A DNA stretch of 59,581 nt, filler included, from Basidiobolus ranarum (Eukaryota), in NCBI GenBank assembly GCA_040143965.1. It is 10 parts of 10 records of this genome, joined end to end, with 100 filler letters (N's around TTAATTAATTAA, not from the genome) between each part and the next. Parts side by side here need not be neighbours in the genome. Positions count along the whole stretch, not along the records: positions 47,773 to 53,628 come from JASJQH010001483.1; positions 53,729 to 59,581 come from JASJQH010001484.1; 8 more parts are not named here. One strand, 5' to 3'. The position numbers were made by a program, and so were the translations under genes. Shown one piece after another: positions 50,546 to 59,581 of this stretch (the first letter of the stretch is position 1; the number at the start of each line of letters is the position of its first letter). Below the pieces are notes generated by a model. It made no database searches and had not been told where the DNA came from. It saw only the letters and a list, made by a program, of their open reading frames with translations.

Positions 50546-51649
50546 TCAACCAAAGTTAGGCAAAGTTATTGATATCTTGATAAGTTCTCAATATATTCAT
50601 ACTTGAAGATATCCATTGGGAGCTCTAGAATTAAGACACTTTGAATTAAGCTTTCATTATCTTTTGAATGTGCAATAATGTCTAAAAGCACTTTTCCTGT
50701 ATACACCACATAAGTAAAGCTACTCTTTCTCAAATGGTAAAGAACATTGTGCCAGATAGTGTCCAATTGGGCCAATTTGTGCAGGCAAACATTTTAGCTG
50801 GCCTGATCTAGCTCAAAAAATGGAACAAGTTTAATTTCTAAGCCTGGAACAAGCTGATTGCAGATAATTTCGGCCAGTTTTTGCTTCCAGTTTGGCCTAA
50901 TTGTCTAAGCTACTTTCAACAACTTATTAGACTGGTTTTGGCCAAGTTTCCATATTCAGAATGGAATTTGTTGATTTATAGCTTGTATAAGTTTTGATCC
51001 CAGTAGCTAATTTGAAATTATTCTGATCTTTGGTAGTACATTCAGCCTTACTAAACATGAAATTTAGTCCTTGAATTGTTGCTTGGCTTACTCAGAGTAG
51101 ATTCTTGGCTATCTTTGGTACACAGAGTACATTGTACAATTTTGAAGATGGTGTAGCTGAATTTCTGTCCAAATTGAGCAGTACTGGGCCCTTACCAACT
51201 GCATGTATTGCATAAATATCACCTAAGTAGACTTTCCTTGTTTAAATGGGTTTTAAGCTGGAAAACCTATCTCACTTGTTGGATATATACTGAGAAGCTC
51301 CCAGATCAATTTACCACTTTTCTGAGTCTTACTTAGTGATTCCCTGTGAGGCAGATGCAAGTAGACAATCTCAATCAATGCTTACTTGATTTGCCTATAC
51401 CAATTTTAACTTTTTGGCTAAGGTACTCATTTGGTAAGGTTTGATTAAATGGACTGGTTTGTTTCAATACTTGCAGATGATTGATTTCCTATTGGGAGCA
51501 TCATTAGAATCAGAATATGAACAACCTAACTACTATATAATGAGTTGCTGTTTACCTAATTTCAACAATTAGATAAATATATAGACACAATGATTATCTT
51601 GGCTCTCATATATGCATAAGTTACTTTAACAACACAAATGTTGCATATC

Positions 51650-51760
51650 TTTACCAGGTTTTTAGACCTGTTTGTCATAATTTATCTAGATGAGTTCTAA
51701 TCTACTGCAAGATCAACCAAGGACATGTGCAACATATAAAAAAGTCTCTGCTGAAATTAG
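51650..51760 (+). mobile_element. Ty3/Gypsy RT scrap
   Basis: FLDLFVIIYLDE.LIYC...HVQHIKK, resembling the YLDD motif and H..H helix. Confidence 0.55.
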
Positions 51761-52135
51761 GAAAGTAGCAACTCATTATTTAGTAGTTAGCTAATTTATA
51801 TTATGATGATTTAACAATCCACTTGGCCACTCAAAAATGAGTGTTCATTGCTACCATTGAATGAAATATCAATTAGATCTGTTTTACCAATTTTCATCAT
51901 TTTCTGAAATCATTTGCAAATCACTTCAAATTTTCACCCATGCCTTACATGCATGTTTAAGATGATACAAGTATATCTAATAGTCCTATCTTATATTAAG
52001 CAATAAATACAACATATTCAATTTGAGAAAGCTCATTTGTCTAATTCACAAATCCAAATCATGTCAAAACACTTAAAAATCCTCTTAACACTTTTATTGA
52101 CTTATGAGGCCTAAGCTAGCTGTTCAAGGAATATC
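51755..52135 (+). repeat. diverged ~370-bp dispersed repeat (candidate LTR family C), copy 2
   Basis: Homologous to 48995-49370; lies just upstream of a Copia gag. Confidence 0.55.
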
Positions 52136-52159
52136 TACCAGTACTATTACCAATGTTTT

Positions 52160-53628
52160 TATGTTCACAAAGAAGTTAGATTGTGAAAACTTTTACCTTT
52201 GGAAGTTAAGGATGCAAAAGGTGCTAGATGCCAAGGACCTATGAAAATAAAAGTCCAACCAATAGGCAGTATCTTAGAAGAAAATTATTTTCAATCCAGA
52301 TGAACTCTGATGATTTTATGGCTAATCATATAAATAAAGATTGAAATATCATAGATCAGCTCTCATAAATTAGAGCATCTCTAAATGAAAATGACTCAGT
52401 CGTAACACTATTTGGGAGCCTTCAAGACAAGTTTGAGAATTTTTTAATTGTCCTAAAATCAAGACCAGACCCATCAACGGTCAAATATGTTTGAGCCAGG
52501 TGTTCAAACAAGGTACTAAGGTGATCAAATTTTCAGCAAAATAAAGCATATCAGGCTTTTTTTGGAGCTATAAAGTGTCCAACATGCTTCAATAATAGTG
52601 CCCCCAATAGGTAATCTATCATCTGCCAGAATTGCAAGCAAACAGGCTGTATAATCAAGGACTGAGGAAAAAGGATAGTCGCCAAAAAGCTACAGTTGGA
52701 ATAAGCAAATCATCAGGTACTGATAGAGATCATCTCTCTGTGTTTGACCTATCACTAAGCACCAAGAAAGTCTCATTAATGTGGTACATTAATTCAGGAG
52801 CACACCTGCATATGTAAAAAAAAGAAAGATTGGCTTTCTGGCTTTAATCCTGTTCAAACAAGGAGAGTCTACTTGGGAGCTAACTATGCACTACACGCAG
52901 TTGATAAGGACATAGTAGAGCTCAATTGAGACCACAATTCACTTACACAATCTTCAATATTCAATGATATACATTATGTACCAGAAAGAGATAATAATCT
53001 ACTCTCAGTAGGACAAGCAACTACTCAAGGACAAAAACTGTGTTCACCAAGGCTGGATTTACTACCACTCATCCAATAATGCCAAATCAGACACAGGGAT
53101 CAAAACTGAAAACATATACAAGCTAAAAGTTAACAAACTGCATTCTGAGCTTCCATACTTTGCCAAAATTAATGAAGAAGCTGTCAAAAATGGTGTAGAA
53201 GGTTAGGACAGATTGGGGAACATACATTCACCCAAATGTTCCAAAATTAGTGTGTTACAAGCTTGGCAACTGAAATTATGGCCAAATTGGTTCTGTGTAA
53301 AGATTTCATATATAGAAAACATCACAGAAATTTTTTTGAAGCTCTCAAAAGGTCAACTCCACTCATAAATTTGCCCTTCTTTATTCTGATCTCTGTGGGC
53401 TCATGTAAAATGTAATAGTTGGTGGCACAAGAAACTTTATGACCTTGATTGATTACAAAGCAAGATACATTTGGATACTCTTACCCAAATCAAAATCTGA
53501 AGCCTTTACTATGTTCAAGCACTACAAAGCAATGTTAGAGAAAGAATCAGCACAAAAAAGGATATTAAGGAATCAAAATGGTGATGAATACTGATCTAGA
53601 GACTTTAACAAACTATGGTACCTTTTAC
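52160..53628 (+). mobile_element. degenerate Copia gag-protease-integrase
   Basis: gag LDCENFYLWKLRMQKVLDAKDL, LFGSLQDKF; protease WYINSGAHLHM; integrase SDLCG..FMTLID..RYIW..KSEAF. Confidence 0.85.
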
Positions 53629-53728
53629 NNNNNNNNNNNNNNNNNNNNNNNNNNNNNNNNNNNNNNNNNNNNTTAATTAATTAANNNNNNNNNNNNNNNN
53701 NNNNNNNNNNNNNNNNNNNNNNNNNNNN
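53629..53728. other. artificial contig linker
   Basis: N-TTAATTAATTAA-N. Confidence 0.98.
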
Positions 53729-54254
53729 TTTCAAAGTTGCAGCTGTCCCTGCTAATTATAAGTGCAACTCTGTAGACTTGAAGAGCTGTGAAGTTGGTGA
53801 TTTGTCTGGTAAGTAATGATATTCTATGACACTACAGCGACTGTTGGGCTTGATATGTCCCAATTCAATATTTCATTGCATTCTCATCGTTTTTATTTTC
53901 TACTGTGTGTTATGTATAGGCAAATGGGGCAATGTCAATATGACTTCTCCTTCCTTCAGCTACCTTGATCCTACCTTGTCAATGGAGGATGCTGGCGCCA
54001 ATAACTCCATTATCGGTTTATCTGTAGTTATCCATCGTGCAGATAAATCTCGCCTTGCATGCGCAAATATCACTGTACTTGCTAGTGGTCAAGTTGATGA
54101 CAAGAAGAGCGATGCTAGTGGTAAAGTTGATGACAAGAAGAGCGATGCTAGTGGTAAAGTTGATGACAAGAAGAGCGATGCTAGTTCATCCAACTTGCAA
54201 TTAGGTAGTTGGTTGACTCTTACTGCTTTCTTGGCAAGTGTTAGTTTTTTGTAA
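53729..54254 (+). CDS. extracellular GPI-anchored Cu-only-type superoxide dismutase (SOD4/5/6-like), 5' truncated; intron 53809-53919
   Basis: C......CEVGDLSG|KWG, SIIGLSVVIH..SRLACANI, charged linker repeat, hydrophobic C-terminal GPI-like signal. Confidence 0.85.
54081..54185 (+). repeat. 33-bp coding tandem repeat x3.2 (ASGKVDDKKSD)
   Basis: GCTAGTGGT(C/A)AAGTTGATGACAAGAAGAGCGAT x3, one mismatch in total. Confidence 0.95.
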
Positions 54255-55784
54255 ATCTTGACGGAATTACAAACGAGAACAGAGATTTTGACTGAGCCGA
54301 GATGTATCAATCTAATTTATCTTAATCCATTTTTGCAATCCGAAATTGAGAATATTTTGGAATATTCATTTCAATTCATAGGGTGCTTTTTTCTTATTTA
54401 CTAGGACAGGTATTCCTAGTTGTTGGAAATGAGCACTTTCGTGGTTGGTTAAAATAAAAAAATTTGCAACAAACATGCTAAGAATTGGATACAAATCCTA
54501 TTTTATTTCGCTAGTTGTTTCAAGTATTCAAAGTGCATATAAAGCAGTCAAGTTGAGAATGGTAAACTCCTCGCAACTGCCCGCAGAATGTGAAGTATTA
54601 CTCCCAGGATATGCTGTACTCAATCAGAATCAAGTATTATAGTAGTATACTAAGCATCCAATATATACGATCCTACTACAGCCAAATGCTTCTTGTTAGA
54701 TTGTCTCGATAGCTATACATCTCGTTGTGGTCACTAATTGAACTTCTATCGCGTTACTTCGCATGGAAATTCGATTGAGAACTGAGGCGGGTAATATTAA
54801 CTTGCATATATAACGATTTTATGGAGTAGAGGTTCTGATCAAGGTGCGCTAGCTGGAGCATTGTGGGAATAGTAACTACTTTGCAACATGAATGCAATGA
54901 ACCTAAGGACGCAATGTATGCACTGATCGCTTTCTTGATCAATCGTTACTTACTCAACAATAACTCAGGATGGGAATCTCGCTAGGAAAATATTTCGATA
55001 TTGACATGGTACTTTAATTGTTACATTTTTAAAATATTAAAGCAAGCAACTTTTGGAAGACAAAGAGAAGCAACCTTCCAACTTCGAAGTATATGTTTCC
55101 ACCTTGGTCTACCAGGTAATTATCTTTTAATGGCCTGTATTCCTGATACAAGCTTAAGCCAGGTGTTTCTGTAGTAGAGAGTGATCCATTGTTTATTCAT
55201 ATGGAAAGTAAATAACCATATGCTATTTGAAACGTACGCAATCGGGTTCGGCTGATGATGAGTGGATTCAACAATTAGGGCTATTATAGTGCAGAACACA
55301 TGTAATTCCCAAATCCAAGATTCATTACTTCTCAAGGATTGGTTATGATTCAACATATGGCAATAGTAATTGGGTGAGCAAGGGCTTCCAGGCTTGTCCA
55401 AAGATTCCCTCTGCATAAGCGAACCATATTTGTATTTTTTCGACCCTTCTTACAATGAGAGCGAGAGTATATTCGAAATTTCTACATCGAAAAGTCCCTT
55501 CTTTTAGCAGTTGATTTGTCACCTGAGTTGATTGTTGTCCAATTTGTGGTTCATGCTATATTTCCAGGAACTAGAAATTCGAAATGATTTCTTTTTTCGA
55601 TAAAGTCTGGAGGAGCTTTCCACGGGGATATCCAATTCTTATATTGATTAGCTCCCCTTGTGTAGATAAATATAGATAATTTGCCCATGTGGTACTTGCT
55701 CTTTTGCTTGAACGTAATAAGCGGGGAGCGTAGTAACTTTCCTCTGATATTCTCAAGTCTATCCACTTTAAACTATCAATCAGA

Positions 55785-56962
55785 ATGACTCAAGGATCAG
55801 TTCAAAATACTGTTTCTCCTCAAACACTAGACGCCTCCGAGACATCTTCGACTGTACCTTTGTGCTTCCTCAATGAGTTTGCACAACAGCAACTGACTAA
55901 TACACTTCCGCCATTATCTTTACCCCCACCAAAGCCCAAAGAGAATCCTTTTCAGTTATCTTCTTTCGTCATCTTGAGAACTATAGGAACTGGCTCTTTT
56001 GGCCGCGTTCACCTTGTACAGCTAAAGGCAACTGGTCAGTTCTATGCCCTGAAGGTGCTAAAGAAATCGGAAATTGTTCGACTAAAGCAAGTGGAACACG
56101 TCAACAGTGAACGCGCTATTCTGGAAGTTTGCCATAATACTTTTCTTGTCAACACGATTGGAAACTTTCAGGATACCACTAATCTTTATTTAATCATGGA
56201 GTACGTGTCTGGTGGTGAGCTCTTTAGCTATCTTAGAAAATTCCAGGTATAGTGTCTACGAAACTTCAAACCTTACGTAATATGTGTATACTAAATCACC
56301 TATCTCTAAAGCGGTTTCCCGGTTATGTGGCCAAGTTTTATGCAGCTGAAGTTGTATTGGCTTTCGAATATCTCCATACAAAGAGTATCATTTACCGAGA
56401 TCTCAAGCCAGAAAATGTACTCTTGAACAATCAAGGACACATCAAAATTACTGATTTTGGTTTTGCTAAATACGTCTCTGATGTCACTTGGACTCTATGC
56501 GGTACACCAGATTACCTGGCCCCGGAGATTATTCAATCCAAGGGCTATGGTAGGGCGGTTGACTGGTACTCGCTTGGAATTCTTATATTTGAGATGATTG
56601 CTGGATATCCACCTTTTTATGACGATGACCATTTCAAATTGTACGAGAAAATTATTGCTGGAAAGATCAGATGGCCCCCACACATTGAGCCCGAGGCCAG
56701 AGATTTGATCAAGAAACTTACAACCGCCGACTTGAGCCAACGCTACGGTAACCTCAAGGGTGGAGTTCAAGACATCAAAAACCACATATGGTTTGCTGAT
56801 ATTGACTGGGATAGACTACAGCGGCTCGAAGTCCAGCCTCCCATTGTTCCGATTGTTAATAGTGACTGGGATACTAGCAACTACGACATATATCAGGAGA
56901 CAAACGAAGTAATAGACATGAACGCCGAAGATCCTTTCCGTGAGAGATTCCCGGACTTTTGA
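55785..56962 (+). CDS. cAMP-dependent protein kinase catalytic subunit (Tpk/PKA-C); intron 56247-56311
   Basis: GTGSFGRVHL, LKQVEH, YRDLKPEN, DFGFAK, TWTLCGTPDYLAPE, C-terminal FPDF (FxxF). Confidence 0.95.
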
Positions 56963-58241
56963 ATGATCTAATTCTGGTTCAAACTTACTTTCCTTTAGTT
57001 CAAATGGCAGCAACATCGTCAAGCATTCACTCTCTTGTATTTCACTCATCCTATTATAGTTTAATATGTTAGGTAAAGTTCCTATCCTTCGATATATTGT
57101 AATATTGTTTCTGTATTCTTTGATTTGACCTTTGTGCCAACTTGAGCCAATAAACCATGACTCTCAACAGCATCCTATCTCGCCAAGGCTCTCACTGATA
57201 TGTAATGCACGGCTAACCAAAAGAATCGGTCTAGATCTTTGAATTGAAAAAGCGACGCTGTTGCGAAGTAAATCTCGGTGTTTTAGCATAATTAGGCAAT
57301 CAGACAAACATTCAAATTCCAAATATAAAAAGAAATAATCGCCTTAAGCTTTCCGGCCTACTCCAGACTCGAGCACCTCAGAATGTTCGATTATACTGAC
57401 ATCCATATCCACATTCATGATGCCTTAGATGGAAAAGCAAACACTTCAAAGCGTATAGGCTTATTCCACCTTATTCCACTTTGAGCTCACACCCCTGTTT
57501 TTACGAGCAGTCAGGATCATGGCGAAAGAACTTCAGATGATCTCGGTGTTGTTTGCTCCGTTATGATATTTGGTATTTCACTGTCACAGGTGTGGATACC
57601 AAAACTTGTATATATATATATATTTGATCTTAGTGTTGGTATTGTCATAATAGGAAGCTCCTCGATTTTCTCCTATATTCAGCAGGGATATGCCATATAT
57701 TGAGTTCGTATTCTCAATAAACTCTAGGCCCAACATCAAACTTGCAAGACTGATTGCAATTATAAGAGCAACCCTAAATCCAATCACTAACTGAGTGTCC
57801 ATTTAGCATGTTCAAGCACTGTTGAAGTGAAACTCTATGATCAATAACAATGGCCACTACACTTCTACAAAGAATTTCGCTTCCATGGTGCTACCAAATA
57901 GAACACATAAAATAAGCAAGCATGACATGTACAAATAGGTATACAATAATATCTTTAGAAACAGGACGTTTGTACTTTAACCTTACATTGATTTGCCGCT
58001 CGGGAAGAGTGACTTTGGTTGAGTGACATGATGATGGAGGCCGAATTGCTTTGTTAATCTGCAATAAGTATTTAGTATAAGCCATCATGGGCCTATAAAA
58101 ATCAATATTACAAAATTCCGTTTATTACGAATGAAAATGTGACTCGATTGAGTGCCATGATTAGATACTCGTTAACATTTACAAAAAGAGCAACGCCAGT
58201 TCTAAATTCGAACAAAAAAGTCTCTAGTACTAAGGATAACT

Positions 58242-59581
58242 TTACTCCTCTTCATCTCTGGGTAAGCCTAGACCCATGCTACTCAGAATATTTCCGGCTG
58301 GGCCAGGTAAACCCTGCTGAGATTTGAAAGATTCCAACAAATTCTGAACCAAATTAAAGTCAACATCCACAGGTTTGAATTCATTCTCTTGGTCTGTAAT
58401 GTTAGAGGCAAGGAAAGATTTTCCAAGCTTGGTCGTAGACAACTCTTCATCCATAAACTCCATGATGTCCTCGATTTTAGGATCGTCAGATTCGGGTAAA
58501 TCAGAGGTTTCTTCACCAGAAAATCGGACTTGTTTTGGTCTCGAAGTTTTAGTATCTAATAGAAATTTCGTAAGTATTTGAACTGATTTGATACAAAAAT
58601 AGGTAAGAGTATACCTGACGCCTTTGCAGGCTGTTTGGGGAGTGAAGACTGTTGATTGAGGGTTGGTTCGATGTCGTCGATTCCTAAAGTATCTTTTAAA
58701 ATTTTCAAGAAAGCTGAAGGATCAAACTCTACATTCGAATTCTCTTCTTCATCTTCACTGTCAAGCTCCTCATCGGATGAAAATTCATCGGGGAATTCGA
58801 CTCCATCTACTCCAGATTCATGTGCTACAAATCCTTTGAATTGGTCAATGATATTGGCTAAGTTGACTTCTTCCTCCTATTAGAATTCAAAGTGTAAATG
58901 TTTGACTGGGTTACGATTCAATCAAGCGTATACCACTAACCGGTTGAGTCTGTGATCCTTGACTCATTCCTCCTCGGTTGTTTAATAGTTCTTCTAGTTG
59001 CTGTTCATCCAGGTTCATCCAACTATCATCATCGGTCGTTTCATTGCTAATAAGTACTGAGTCCTCGGGCAAGGGTAAGTCAAGAACCTGGTCGATTTGC
59101 TCTTGAACATGGCTGTCCGCATCACTTTCTCTAAAAAATATCGGCAGGTAAGTATCACAAATCATCAATGTTGGTGGCAAAGATAAAAGCATTACGTTGA
59201 GCTTGTGAGCATATTAAAATATTGCTCTTTGGCCATCTTCTCCAACTCCCTATATAATAAGGAACCCTCTAGCTCACCCTATTTCACTTCGTTAGTATCA
59301 AGAGAAACGAACCTATCATACTATCAAACAAACTTACTTGAAAGTAGTTGTATTCTTTTAGTTTCGCCAGGTACTTGAACCACTTTGGATCTGAGTCAAA
59401 TAGATAAGACTATATTCCTGTATTAGTTTCGAAAGACATTGAAGTATGAAATTGTAAAGGTTAACCTCAGAAGAAACATTGCTTGGCTGCTTCTTGGATC
59501 TTCCAGCCACGTATAACATTTCGAATCCACATGCCTGTTAAGATGGGTTTAAATTCGCTGAAAAATAGCCAGTTTGTTCCA
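58242..59581 (-). CDS. Ecdysoneless/SGT1 (Ecd) family protein, 3' part, several introns
   Basis: ACGFEMLY, DDDSWM, FMDEEL, PVDVDFNLVQNLLESFKSQQGLPGPAGNIL; continues past the window end. Confidence 0.85.

Noticed and set aside
52100..52115. ACTTATGAGGCC as the PBS of element C
   Set aside because: Homology between the two repeat copies seems to continue past it, and no clear ..CA LTR end precedes it
5882..53728. Regularly spaced TTAATTAATTAA palindromes about every 5.97 kb
   Set aside because: Embedded in N-runs, with contig lengths falling monotonically (5881 to 5853): an artificial concatenation linker
57584..58088. Two short minus-strand ORFs with hydrophobic stretches between PKA and Ecd
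   Set aside because: No family similarity or convincing gene structure; cannot be supported without transcripts
1..59581. Apparent co-location of signalling genes (PKA, Crz1-like, WOPR, cyclin, arrestin) as a cluster
   Set aside because: They lie on different, unlinked contigs

Overview
This is not one locus. It is ten unrelated contigs of ~5.85-5.88 kb, size-sorted and joined by artificial 100-bp N-TTAATTAATTAA-N linkers, so adjacency across linkers has no biological meaning. The DNA is AT-rich and eukaryotic, with short GT-AG introns and fungal-type genes. An early-diverging fungus (possibly Basidiobolus-like) is my inference only. Host genes: alpha-arrestin, Crz1-like C2H2 factor, a secreted protein with a MABP/beta-prism-like motif (missed by the ORF track), an ABCG half-transporter with degenerate ATPase motifs, a Pho85-type cyclin, a secreted acidic protein with a repeated YGGxSGHH motif, PARN, a Gti1/Pac2 (WOPR) factor, a SulP sulfate permease, a GPI-anchored Cu-only-type SOD, PKA catalytic subunit and Ecd/SGT1. 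About a third of the window is CpG-depleted, nested transposon debris: Ty1/Copia (a ~350-bp LTR in 10 pieces plus a second LTR family), CACTA-like, ISL2EU/Harbinger-like, a Gypsy scrap and a 17-bp satellite. I cannot support a clearly new multi-gene system. The best leads are the secreted MABP-motif gene, an LTR abutting a half tRNA-Leu, recurrent head-to-head LTR pairs, the degenerate ABCG and the YGGxSGHH protein.
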